Assembly (NCBI GenBank): GCA_045577925.1
Contig: JAZNJH010000031.1
Span: 115,612 to 179,611 of the forward strand
From: Eubacteriales bacterium
GTDB lineage: Bacteria; Bacillota; Clostridia; Oscillospirales; CAG-272
Direction: 5' to 3'
Length of the DNA stretch: 64,000 nt
Numbering within the stretch: the stretch's first letter is position 1; the number at the start of each line of letters is the position of its first letter. The notes beneath the pieces were generated by a model that was not told the DNA's origin, ran no database searches, and was given only the letters and a program-made list of their open reading frames with translations. The translations under genes were made by a program, and so were the position numbers. Shown piece by piece: positions 47,920 through 57,410 of this stretch.

Positions 47920-47952
47920 AAACCGGCACCGCAGGAATGCGGTGCTGTTTTG
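47920..47952 (+). terminator. Terminator of the pduL-GGGtGRT operon
   Basis: ggcaccgca/tgcggtgct stem followed by GTTTT. Confidence 0.75.
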
Positions 47953-48081
47953 GTATCCAAAATTAAAGAATTCGCCTTGTTTTCACGGAAAATGTATCCG
48001 TTTTTGTATTGATTCGACTCAATATTTATGTTATAATGAATACATATCTTAAAAATGAATACACAAGTTTTGGAGGAAATC

Positions 48082-49824
48082 ATGAAAAAATTACTTTTTA
48101 GCGTACTCCTTTTAACTTTTACATTATTACTGAGCATTTGCTCATCTGCGGCGGCACCCGAAAGCTTTGAACTCAATATTCAGGCTTATCGTCTGCTTGT
48201 AGGCGAAAGCGTAGAACTCACTCCCATCGCATCTCCTGCTGATGCAGATTATACCGTTACATACACATCGGCAAGTGATTCTGTTGCTACCGTTGATAAC
48301 AACGGTAAAATTACAGCTGTAGCAAAGGGTGACACTATTATTACCGCTACAACCGACGCAGGACTTACATCCAAGTGTCATATTTTCGTGTACGATGAGG
48401 CTCTTCCCGCCCTCAAATTTGTTGCTTCTGACTATACGGGAGAAGTAACCGAAATTGTAGTTAATGCTCTCGGAGACTCTATAACACAGTTTGCAAGTAA
48501 CCGTCCGCCTGTCGGCAACGTATACAATTCAGGCAATTATCACGACTGGTGGGGAAAGTGGTATCACATTGATAACGTAAACTATGGTGTCGGCGGTACA
48601 AGAATTTCCGGCTCCGGTGATACAGCATTCGTTAGCCGCTATGTTGAAATGGGCGATGCTGATATGGTAGTTGTTATGGGCGGTACAAATGACTTCTGGG
48701 GTTGGCCTGCTCCTCTTGTAGGTGAAGAAAATGACCGTCAGAAGACCACCATACGTGGTGCAGTAAGACTGCTTATAGAAGGTCTTATCGAAAAATATCC
48801 TGACGGACAGATCGTATTTTTGACTCCCACCAAAAACACCCTCGACGCAGATGGTGCACCAACAACCAATGGAGAAACTAAAGACGATTTCGTTAATGCA
48901 ATAACTGATGTCTGTGACATATATAATATTCACATTGTAGATATTTACACACCTGCAGAGCTTGATTTCAGAGAAGAAAAGCGTGAAGACGGCTTCTACG
49001 GCGAACTTATGCCTGACGGTGTACACCCCAGCCCCGATGGTCACAAAATCATAGCTAATTATGTTCTTGATAACCTTGAAGCTGCAGGAATTGTTGAAGT
49101 AATTGATTCTGTCACAATAGCTTCGGGCGAATGCGGTGACACACTCACATGGAATCTTGACCACAGATACGAACTTACAGTAAGCGGCAACGGTGATATG
49201 GCTGATTATGAAGCAGGCGGTGCTCCGTGGGCAGAATATGCGGCAAATATTGTAAGCGTTACAATCGACAATACCGTAACATCGATAGGCGCTAACGCTT
49301 TTGCAGGCTGCAGTTTATTAACGTATGTTAACATTCCTTCAAGCGCAACTTATTTAGGCGCGTCTTCTTTTACCGGGTGCAGTTCGCTTAAAAATGTAAA
49401 TATACCCGCTCTTGTTGCAAGCATTGGTGCAAATGCGTTTAGCGGATGCTCCTCTCTTGCTGCTGTAACAATACCTGAGTCTGTAACTGCTATCGGAGAC
49501 GGCGTTTTTGCAGACTGTGCAGGAACACTCACTATACGCAGCTTTGCAGGTAGTGTTGCTGAAACATATGCAAGTGCAAACTCTATCACCTTTGTTGCAA
49601 TATCGGGTGATATTCTCGGCGACGTTGATATCGACGGCAAAGTAGATTCCATAGACGTTATCAAGCTTGCAAGACATCTTGCAACCTGGACGGGATACGA
49701 AAATATCAACATGACAAACGCTGATGTAGACGGCGACGGTGAGATCACTGTAAGTGACTCTGCTATACTTGCAAGACACTGGGCTGGTTGGATCAAGTAT
49801 CAGACGCTTCCCTACGTGGAATAA
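48082..49824 (+). CDS. Secreted modular protein: Big_2 Ig-like + SGNH/GDSL esterase + BspA-type LRR + dockerin
   Basis: Signal peptide; SVATVDNNGKITAVAKG; GDSIT/GTND/DGVHP; IG..AF.GC.SL repeats; GDVDIDGKVDSID...ADVDGDGEITVSD. Confidence 0.88.
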   Translation: MKKLLFSVLLLTFTLLLSICSSAAAPESFELNIQAYRLLVGESVELTPIASPADADYTVTYTSASDSVATVDNNGKITAVAKGDTIITATTDAGLTSKCHIFVYDEALPALKFVASDYTGEVTEIVVNALGDSITQFASNRPPVGNVYNSGNYHDWWGKWYHIDNVNYGVGGTRISGSGDTAFVSRYVEMGDADMVVVMGGTNDFWGWPAPLVGEENDRQKTTIRGAVRLLIEGLIEKYPDGQIVFLTPTKNTLDADGAPTTNGETKDDFVNAITDVCDIYNIHIVDIYTPAELDFREEKREDGFYGELMPDGVHPSPDGHKIIANYVLDNLEAAGIVEVIDSVTIASGECGDTLTWNLDHRYELTVSGNGDMADYEAGGAPWAEYAANIVSVTIDNTVTSIGANAFAGCSLLTYVNIPSSATYLGASSFTGCSSLKNVNIPALVASIGANAFSGCSSLAAVTIPESVTAIGDGVFADCAGTLTIRSFAGSVAETYASANSITFVAISGDILGDVDIDGKVDSIDVIKLARHLATWTGYENINMTNADVDGDGEITVSDSAILARHWAGWIKYQTLPYVE

Positions 49825-49843
49825 ACTTAATAAACATTTCTTT

Positions 49844-49874
49844 AACCTCTTCGGATTTTCGCCGAAGAGGTTTT
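49844..49874 (+). terminator. Intrinsic terminator
   Basis: aacctcttcgg/ccgaagaggtt stem followed by T-run. Confidence 0.85.
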
Positions 49875-49941
49875 TCTTTCAATTGACAAAAGGCATAAAA
49901 TATGGTACAATGTAATTCACAAATACATTTGGGAGGCAACC

Positions 49942-52155
49942 ATGAAAAAAACAATAGTCATTACCCTTTTATCAATAATGACATTCATGCTTCTCTTAAC
50001 AAGCGTACAAGCCGCTGAGGTTTTAAACGGTCAATGCGGAGAGGGATTAACATGGGAACTTGACGGCTCAGGTACTCTTAGTATAAGCGGAAACGGTGAG
50101 ATGTGGAACTTTGCTGAAACTTCTGCTCCGTGGGAATCCGAAATTGACTCAATATCAACTGTTAGTATCGGCGGTGGAGTATCATACATAAGCGCAGGAG
50201 TTTTATCAAATCTCAGTGAGCTTAGCGAAATTTACGTTAACGAGCAAAACGAAAGCTACTCAAACGACGAATATGGCGTACTATTCAATGCTGATAAAAC
50301 TATACTTATAAGCTATCCGGCAAATAATGAACTTGCAAGCTATACTCTGCCCGATACAGTTACTGAGATTGCCGAAAAGGCATTTTATCTTGCAAGAAAC
50401 TTAACACATGTTACAATTTCTGAAAATGTAACTAAAATAGGAAACAGAGCATTCAAATGGTGCGATTCACTTTCAAATATTACTATACCAGACTCTGTAA
50501 TTTCAGTTGGCTCGTATGCCTTTTACGGATGTTCATCTCTTTCAAGTGTAACTCTAAGCAACAATCTTGAAGCTTTAGATGAGGGCGTTTTCTATGCATG
50601 CCACAGTTTGGATAATATATCCATACCCGATTCTGTAACTTTGATCGGAACAGAAGCATTCTACTTTTGCTCATCACTTACAAGCATAACCATTCCCGCT
50701 TCCGTTTCCTATCTTGGCGAACGTGTTTTTTGGGAATGCTATTCGCTTGAGGAAATATCTGTTGACGAATCAAATGAGCATTTTTCATCAGATGCGTTTG
50801 GTGTTCTTTACAACAAAAATCAAACAAAGCTTCTACAATATCCTATCGCAAGCACAACCGAAACATACTCTGTTATCGCAAGCACAACCGAGATAGCAGG
50901 CGATGCTTTTTCAGGAAGCGAATCGCTTTCTGGAGTTATTCTTCCCAATACACTAAGCGTGATCGGCAGTTACGCTTTCGCATACTGTTATAATCTTTCA
51001 AGCATAAATCTCCCCGATACGTTGACTGTTCTAAACGAGGGGATATTTACAAACTGTGTATCTCTTGCAAGTGTTTCACTTCCAGATGAGCTAACATTGA
51101 TTGGCGATAATACATTTTCCTATTGCTATAATTTGGATAATATAACCATTCCGACAAACGTAACCTCTATCGGTACATCTGCCTTTTACGGATGCGAATC
51201 ACTCCAAACTGCAATAATACCCGATTCTGTAACAACGTTTGGACAATATGCATTTGCCGACTGCTATAATCTCAAGAATGTTGACATTGGTAGCGGCCTT
51301 AGTTCTTTAGGAGCGTTTACATTCTCGGGTTGCATCGAACTTACTGATATAAGCGTATCATCAGACAATGTTACATATTCAAGCAAGGACGGTGTTCTTT
51401 TCAACAAGGTCATGACAAAGCTCATAAGATACCCTGCAGGAAAGCCGGATACAGAATACACTATTCCTTCAACTGTAATTGCCCTATCCGATCAGGCGTT
51501 TCTTTATTGCAACAACTTAAAAAATGTAATATTTTCGGATTCTCTCAAAACTGTTGGTGAGTACGCGTTCTATCATTGCGATAATCTTACAGATATAACT
51601 TTTGGCGAAGCACTCGAAACAATAGAGCAAGCTGCCTTCTACGGTTGCACCTCCCTTAAAGATTTTGAATTCAAAAATAATCTTAAGGAGATTGGCGAAG
51701 ATGCGTTCTGCGGATGCACGAGTCTCACAAGCGTTGTATTTCCAAATTCTATGACAACACTTGGTGAGTACTCATTTTCTGAATGCATTAATATAAAGAG
51801 CGCTACTATTCCCGAGTCTGTTACCAAATTTGGTATTTATGCATTTGACGCATGCCACGAAGATCTTACCATATACGGCAAAGCAGGAAGTACTGCCGTT
51901 AAGTTTGCAAACTACTATGGTTTCAGATTTATCTCTGACTATGGCGACATTGACGGAAACGAGGCTATAAACTCAGTTGACGTTATAAAGTTTGCAAGAC
52001 ATCTTGCAAACTGGTCCGGATATGAAAGCATATATGAAGGCAATGCAGACGTGGACGGAGATGGAGAGTTGACGCCCAATGATCTTATCATTATTGCAAG
52101 GCACTGGGCAGGTTGGATTTCATATTCAAATCTACCGTTTGATAATGCCGCATAA
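49942..52155 (+). CDS. Secreted BspA-type leucine-rich-repeat protein with C-terminal dockerin
   Basis: Signal peptide; many IP.SVT.IG..AF..C..L repeats; GDIDGNEAINSVD...ADVDGDGELTPND; TTGACA-17-TACAAT promoter at 49883-49911. Confidence 0.9.
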   Translation: MKKTIVITLLSIMTFMLLLTSVQAAEVLNGQCGEGLTWELDGSGTLSISGNGEMWNFAETSAPWESEIDSISTVSIGGGVSYISAGVLSNLSELSEIYVNEQNESYSNDEYGVLFNADKTILISYPANNELASYTLPDTVTEIAEKAFYLARNLTHVTISENVTKIGNRAFKWCDSLSNITIPDSVISVGSYAFYGCSSLSSVTLSNNLEALDEGVFYACHSLDNISIPDSVTLIGTEAFYFCSSLTSITIPASVSYLGERVFWECYSLEEISVDESNEHFSSDAFGVLYNKNQTKLLQYPIASTTETYSVIASTTEIAGDAFSGSESLSGVILPNTLSVIGSYAFAYCYNLSSINLPDTLTVLNEGIFTNCVSLASVSLPDELTLIGDNTFSYCYNLDNITIPTNVTSIGTSAFYGCESLQTAIIPDSVTTFGQYAFADCYNLKNVDIGSGLSSLGAFTFSGCIELTDISVSSDNVTYSSKDGVLFNKVMTKLIRYPAGKPDTEYTIPSTVIALSDQAFLYCNNLKNVIFSDSLKTVGEYAFYHCDNLTDITFGEALETIEQAAFYGCTSLKDFEFKNNLKEIGEDAFCGCTSLTSVVFPNSMTTLGEYSFSECINIKSATIPESVTKFGIYAFDACHEDLTIYGKAGSTAVKFANYYGFRFISDYGDIDGNEAINSVDVIKFARHLANWSGYESIYEGNADVDGDGELTPNDLIIIARHWAGWISYSNLPFDNAA

Positions 52156-52170
52156 ACTTATATAAGGCTC

Positions 52171-52206
52171 AAAGAGATTCGCTTAAAAAGTGGATCTCTT
52201 TTTTTA
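52171..52206 (+). terminator. Intrinsic terminator
   Basis: aaagagattcgctt/aagtggatctcttt stem followed by T-run. Confidence 0.8.
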
Positions 52207-52274
52207 TTTATATAATTATCACACTTTATTTTTTTGCATATTACTGATAGTGATTTTTACTTGGAGGTATTTAT

Positions 52275-52763
52275 ATGCAAAAAGATAACAGGCTAATACA
52301 CTTTATCTCTGTATTTCGTCGAAGACCTGATGGGCGAGCAATAATACTAGGAAGTCCTGATTACCCAGATATATACGGAAATTTATGGCTGTATCAAACA
52401 AACTACGGGGTTATCGTTGCCTGTGAAGTTAGCGGCCTTCCCTCTTCTCATGCTCCTTGTAATGAACACATATTCGGATTACATATTCACGAAGGCATGA
52501 GTTGTACAGGTAACGGTATAGATCAATTCGCAGATACTCTAGGTCACTACAACCCGTATTTTTGTCCCCATCCACAGCATGCAGGTGACCTTTTGCCTCT
52601 GTTCGGTGCAAACGGCTATGCAATGTCCGCCTTTTTAACTGATAGGTTTACTGTTGATGAAGTAATTGGGCGTGCTATAATAATTCATTCCTCACCGGAT
52701 GACTTCAAAACGCAACCAAGCGGTAACTCTGGCAAAAAAATTGCGTGTGGTATAATAGAATAA
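52275..52763 (+). CDS. Cu/Zn superoxide dismutase family protein without signal peptide
   Basis: GLHIHEG..C, GHYNP...H, HAGD, IIIH and GNSGKKIACG motifs. Confidence 0.88.
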   Translation: MQKDNRLIHFISVFRRRPDGRAIILGSPDYPDIYGNLWLYQTNYGVIVACEVSGLPSSHAPCNEHIFGLHIHEGMSCTGNGIDQFADTLGHYNPYFCPHPQHAGDLLPLFGANGYAMSAFLTDRFTVDEVIGRAIIIHSSPDDFKTQPSGNSGKKIACGIIE

Positions 52764-52829
52764 CAAATATAGCAGGCACGTTGTGTCTGCTTTTTTATAA
52801 ATAATTTTAAAAAATATTTATGAAAACTA

Positions 52830-52858
52830 TTGACAAATATATTATTATATTATATAAT
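52830..52858 (+). promoter_or_regulatory. Consensus sigma-A promoter in a very AT-rich tract
   Basis: TTGACA-17-TATAAT exact match. Confidence 0.8.
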
Positions 52859-52912
52859 ATATATAATGTATATTATATGTATTATATTTTGTGATATTCA
52901 AGGAGATTTTTG

Positions 52913-53548
52913 ATGACAAATGCTAATGGTATATCGCCAAGAAAGAATCGCTTATTTGACAATATATTTTCATCAAACGGCAAAAGCATCACAACTATCC
53001 CTCAAAACGAACCCAAAGGTGTAACTCGCGTTTCGGTTGGCTTTGAAAGAAAAACAAGATATACAAGACGTGTTGCGTCAGCGGCTATCCCTGCCCTTCC
53101 TCGCGCTCAGCGCAGAACATATATCGCTCCGGATGCTCAGGTTCTTCTCACTCCCAGCGCTATAAGTCAGGCGGCACAATGGGAGCTGATGTTTGATTCA
53201 AAAGAAGATTCCATTGATAAAAGAGAACGTGTATCGCTTCGTGAAAGAATAAAAAAAGCCGCACACCGCGAAAGTGAATCTTACACATTGTACGGAGTAA
53301 ACACCGGAGAAATATTCACAGAAGAAATTGAAATTGACGTAATCTCAGGTGCAGCATTTGCGTCAGCTACTGATATAAACAACAAAGAAGCCTCATGCGA
53401 AGGTTTTCCGAAAAACGACCGTGCAATGCAGAGCGGTGATTTTTCCTCCCGCCGCTCTGCCGCGGCTGTCGCTTTTAAAAAGATGCATTCGGGCATCTGG
53501 ATAAAATTCAAAGATTTTGCATATAAAGTAAATAACTTTTGGTTATAA
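52913..53548 (+). CDS. Hypothetical protein (Arg/Ala-rich, no recognisable domain)
   Basis: AAGGAG SD; own promoter and terminator; 211 aa. Confidence 0.65.
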   Translation: MTNANGISPRKNRLFDNIFSSNGKSITTIPQNEPKGVTRVSVGFERKTRYTRRVASAAIPALPRAQRRTYIAPDAQVLLTPSAISQAAQWELMFDSKEDSIDKRERVSLRERIKKAAHRESESYTLYGVNTGEIFTEEIEIDVISGAAFASATDINNKEASCEGFPKNDRAMQSGDFSSRRSAAAVAFKKMHSGIWIKFKDFAYKVNNFWL

Positions 53549-53562
53549 AAAACTCCTAACGG

Positions 53563-53599
53563 GAAAAGGGTAATCGCTAAAATGCGACTACCCTTTTTC
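53563..53599. terminator. Terminator between the convergent hypothetical gene and cysK
   Basis: gaaaagggta.tcgc/gcga.tacccttttt stem. Confidence 0.75.
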
Positions 53600-53602
53600 T
53601 GT

Positions 53603-54529
53603 TTATTTTTCCCAAAGCGGTGTTGACAAATATCTCTCACCGTTATCCGGAAGGACAACCACTATCATTTTACCCGCATTCTCTTCTCTGCCGGCAACCT
53701 CAATGGCCGCGCTCAGTGCCGCGCCGCCGCTTATACCGCAAAGAAAGCCTTCCGTTTGCGCAAGAATTCTTGCCGCAGTGTATGCCTCATCGTCGCTGAC
53801 ACACTTAATTTCGTCTATAAGCGATTTGTCGAGCGTATCAGGTACAAAGCCCGCCCCGATACCCATGAGTCCGTGTGGACCCGGTGCACCGCCAGAGAGG
53901 ACAGCAGAAGTATCAGGCTCAACTGCAACGGTCTTTATCGCCTTCTTCTCTTTTAAATAGCGAGCGCATCCACTTAGCGTTCCGCCCGTTCCAACACCTG
54001 CAACAAGAATATCAATTTCGCCGTCGGTATCGTTAAAAATCTCAGGGCCTGTACTGTTATAGTGAGCCTGTGGATTCGCAGGATTTTCAAACTGGCCGAG
54101 AATAACAGCTCCCGGTATCTGCTCTGCAAGCTCGTACGCCTTTGCAATAGCTCCGTTCATACCAAGCTTGCCCTCTGTAAGCACTATCTCTGCCCCATAT
54201 GCTCCAAGAAGCTTGCGTCTTTCTATGCTCATTGTTTCGGGCATTGTAAGTATAGCTCTGTATCCTGACGATACTGCAGCCATAGCGATACCTATTCCCG
54301 TGTTTCCGCTTGTAGGCTCAATTATGGTTGCTCCCGGCTTAAGAGTACCGTTTTCTTCAGCCTTACGGATCATATTCACACCGACTCTGTCTTTAACACT
54401 TCCTGCCGGATTCATATATTCAAGCTTTGCAAGTATTTTAGCTTTAACACCGCAATATCTTTCAAGCCTGCTTAACCGTAAAAGCGGTGTATTGCCAACA
54501 AGCTCGGTTATACCGTTATATATTTTCAT
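53603..54529 (-). CDS. cysK: Cysteine synthase A
   Basis: NPAGSVKDR, EPTSGNTG, GVGTGGT and PDNGERYLST motifs. Confidence 0.97.
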   Translation of the reverse strand: MKIYNGITELVGNTPLLRLSRLERYCGVKAKILAKLEYMNPAGSVKDRVGVNMIRKAEENGTLKPGATIIEPTSGNTGIGIAMAAVSSGYRAILTMPETMSIERRKLLGAYGAEIVLTEGKLGMNGAIAKAYELAEQIPGAVILGQFENPANPQAHYNSTGPEIFNDTDGEIDILVAGVGTGGTLSGCARYLKEKKAIKTVAVEPDTSAVLSGGAPGPHGLMGIGAGFVPDTLDKSLIDEIKCVSDDEAYTAARILAQTEGFLCGISGGAALSAAIEVAGREENAGKMIVVVLPDNGERYLSTPLWEK

Positions 54530-55205
54530 CGTTTTCGCTGTTTTCCTTTTTTGAAGATGTTTCCTTTTTGCTTATCTTGTCTTTTTTACCGAAGAGGGAT
54601 ATCTTGTTCTCTTTTCCCTGCATAAGTCTTTTAATGTTATCTTTATGCTTAAAAATAACGATAGCCGCTATTAAGAAGGTGCATACAGTCGTAATAATAT
54701 CCACCTTGCCGCCACTCAATCTGTTTATCAGAACGGGGTATAGAAACATGCACATTACTGAGCCAAGGGAAACGTATTTATATCCTGCAACTATGATAGC
54801 AAATACCGCAAAAAGTATAAGAAAGCACAGCGGACTTGTACAAAGCACCGTAGCCGCAACTGCCGCTACGCCCTTCCCGCCCTTAAAATTAAAGTATACA
54901 GGATAAATATGCCCTAAAACACTTCCGAGTCCCGCTATGTATGCGCCCGGTTCTCCCATGAGAAGACGAGCGATATATATTGCAATCACCGTTTTTAAAA
55001 TATCGCCTGCAAGTGTGAGCACCGCGGCGGTTTTACCATAAGTTCTCAGTATATTCGTCATGCCTGCGTTCTTACTGCCGTGATTTCTGATATCGTCATG
55101 ATATATCAGCTTTGAAACGAGTATAGCACAGTTAACACCTCCGAGAAAATAACCCGTTGCGGCACATATTAACCCAAGAATAACAGCACGTATTATAATA
55201 TCCAT
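54516..55205 (-). CDS. plsY: Glycerol-3-phosphate acyltransferase (acyl-phosphate dependent)
   Basis: DIRNHGSKNAGMTN, GHIYP..F.FKGGKGVA and HKDNIKRL motifs. Confidence 0.95.
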   Translation of the reverse strand: MDIIIRAVILGLICAATGYFLGGVNCAILVSKLIYHDDIRNHGSKNAGMTNILRTYGKTAAVLTLAGDILKTVIAIYIARLLMGEPGAYIAGLGSVLGHIYPVYFNFKGGKGVAAVAATVLCTSPLCFLILFAVFAIIVAGYKYVSLGSVMCMFLYPVLINRLSGGKVDIITTVCTFLIAAIVIFKHKDNIKRLMQGKENKISLFGKKDKISKKETSSKKENSENDENI

Positions 55206-55228
55206 ATTATGATCCTTTCATCGAAAAC

Positions 55229-56563
55229 TTAATCAGCGTTATCTCCACGCTGTCTTATAACAAGACGTATCGGCGTTCCTCTGAACCCAAAAACCTGCCT
55301 TAGCTGATTTTCAATATATCTCTGATATGAGAAGTGGAAAAGCTCAGCATCGTTACAGAATATAACGAACGTAGGCGGTGCAACAGAGGTCTGCGTCATA
55401 TAGTATATTTTCAGCCTTCTGCCCTTATCTGACGGCGGCTGAACACGTGCGGTGCAGTCATTAAGCACATCGTTGAGCATGCCCGTCGTAATACGAAGCA
55501 GCGACTGTTCATGTACGTAATTTATCGTTTCAAAAAGCTTGTTAAGCCGCTGACCTGTTTTTGCAGAAATAAACAAAAGCGGAGCATACGTCATATAAGA
55601 GAGCGAGGTGTATATCTTATCCGTCATCTGAGTCACAAGCTTATCCGTCTTATCCTCAATTGAATCCCACTTGTTTATCGCTATTATGCATGCTTTGCCT
55701 GCTTCGTGAGCTATACCGGCTATCTTTTCGTCCTGCTCGGTTATTCCCTCGTTTGCATCAGCCATTATAATACATACGTCTGCACGCTCAACCGCCATTT
55801 TCGCTCTCAGAACGCTGTATCTTTCAATAGCATCGTTTACTTTGCTCTGACGTCTGATGCCTGCCGTATCGATAAACACGTATTTGCCGAATTCGTTTGT
55901 AATCTTAGTGTCAACAGCATCTCTCGTTGTACCAGGTATATCAGATACTATAAGTCGTTCTTCACCCGTGATCTTATTTATAAGTGAGCTCTTCCCTGCA
56001 TTAGGCTTACCGATAACGGCAACCTTTATTGCATCGTCATCATCATCTTCTTCTGCCTCTTCGGGAAGGTACTCAAGAACTCTGTCGAGAAGGTCTCCCG
56101 AGCCCGTTCCGTGAACAGAAGAAAGCGCAACGGGATCCCCCTCTATACCAAGCTCATAAAACTCATAGTATTCCATGGGAAGTCTTCCTATGGAATCTAT
56201 TTTATTAACAGCGAGCACAACAGGCTTACCGCTCTTTAAAAGCATAACGGCAATTTCCCTGTCGTCTGCCGTAACACCGACACGTACGTCTGTCATAAAT
56301 ATTATAACGTCTGCCGTCTCTATCGCTATCTGCGCCTGGTTACGCATCTGTTTTAGTATTATATCGTCAGTCTTTGGCTCAATACCGCCGGTGTCTACAA
56401 GCATAAGCTTGCGTCCGCTCCATTCAATATCGTAATAAATTCTATCACGGGTAACGCCAGGAGTGTCCTCAACTATCGATACTCTCTCGCCGGCAAGCTT
56501 ATTAAACAGCGTACTTTTCCCAACGTTAGGTCTGCCGACTATTGCTATTATTGGTTTTGACAT
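55229..56563 (-). CDS. der: Ribosome biogenesis GTPase Der/EngA
   Basis: Two G domains (GRPNVGKS, GKPNAGKS) plus KH-like C-terminal domain. Confidence 0.98.
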   Translation of the reverse strand: MSKPIIAIVGRPNVGKSTLFNKLAGERVSIVEDTPGVTRDRIYYDIEWSGRKLMLVDTGGIEPKTDDIILKQMRNQAQIAIETADVIIFMTDVRVGVTADDREIAVMLLKSGKPVVLAVNKIDSIGRLPMEYYEFYELGIEGDPVALSSVHGTGSGDLLDRVLEYLPEEAEEDDDDDAIKVAVIGKPNAGKSSLINKITGEERLIVSDIPGTTRDAVDTKITNEFGKYVFIDTAGIRRQSKVNDAIERYSVLRAKMAVERADVCIIMADANEGITEQDEKIAGIAHEAGKACIIAINKWDSIEDKTDKLVTQMTDKIYTSLSYMTYAPLLFISAKTGQRLNKLFETINYVHEQSLLRITTGMLNDVLNDCTARVQPPSDKGRRLKIYYMTQTSVAPPTFVIFCNDAELFHFSYQRYIENQLRQVFGFRGTPIRLVIRQRGDNAD

Positions 56564-56598
56564 TTTATCTGTTCCTTTCCTCAGGATATGGGTACTTA

Positions 56599-57393
56599 TC
56601 AGGATACCAAATCTTTAAAATACTTGGTCATATACCCTTTATCTGAAACAACGCTTTCAAATTCAGCAACATCCCCGAGCACATGGACTGTATCTGTTAT
56701 AACGCCAAGTACCGCTCCGTTGTCGCTCTGCTTTATATAAAACTCGGGATATATTGAATAAAGTGAGTTATACTGAGATATTATATCCTTGAAATTTGTT
56801 TGATCAAGCAGGTTTGTATATCCGCTTGTTTGCGCAAAAGAGCCGTTTGTAAAATCTTTTTCAAAATTCTTATAATCAACTATGTTATCAAAGCCTATGA
56901 GTTTTGCGCCCATAAAGTCAATATTGATACCGTATGCAAAGTTAGTCTCGTCAGAACTTCCCTCCACAGTTACAGTGCCGCGACATAATGCAGATATAAG
57001 CTTATCGCTTTTGTAGGTTACGTTGAAGGAATCAACGTCGTAATATACTCCTGCATCTACTCCGGTCTGTGATATAAGTGATTTTCTCTGATTATTCACA
57101 TAAGAATATATAAGTGCATTAACCTTTTCCTCGGTCTCTTTGTCACTATAACCCGATATCTGCGGATATATCATATTTGCTATGTATGCATCCGTCTGCA
57201 AGCTCTCCTGCTTGATCTCAACAGAGTAAAGCTCAAGGGGGATTTCACTCATAACGCTTTCTGATTCACTTTCACTATCCGATAATTCTGTTAAGGCATC
57301 TGTTCTATCATTTGTTATATCACGGTCATTAAAACACGCGCACACATAGATGCAAACAAGAAGCAGAATCAACAAAAATACAATTTTTTTCAT
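56599..57393 (-). CDS. Putative lipoprotein with DUF4163/PdaC-RsiV-like domain
   Basis: Lipobox-like VCAC; YPQISG...EKVN motif; start at 57393 after GGAGG. Confidence 0.65.
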   Translation of the reverse strand: MKKIVFLLILLLVCIYVCACFNDRDITNDRTDALTELSDSESESESVMSEIPLELYSVEIKQESLQTDAYIANMIYPQISGYSDKETEEKVNALIYSYVNNQRKSLISQTGVDAGVYYDVDSFNVTYKSDKLISALCRGTVTVEGSSDETNFAYGINIDFMGAKLIGFDNIVDYKNFEKDFTNGSFAQTSGYTNLLDQTNFKDIISQYNSLYSIYPEFYIKQSDNGAVLGVITDTVHVLGDVAEFESVVSDKGYMTKYFKDLVS

Positions 57394-57410
57394 TCGTTTC
57401 CCTCCACAAT

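Noticed and set aside
49200-51900. Periodic DNA similarity as a CRISPR array or tandem repeat
   Set aside because: These are degenerate ~23-aa LRR coding repeats inside open frames, with no identical repeat-spacer pattern.
52795-52895. AT-rich tract as a replication origin
   Set aside because: No DnaA-box cluster or dnaA/rep gene seen; explained by a promoter region.
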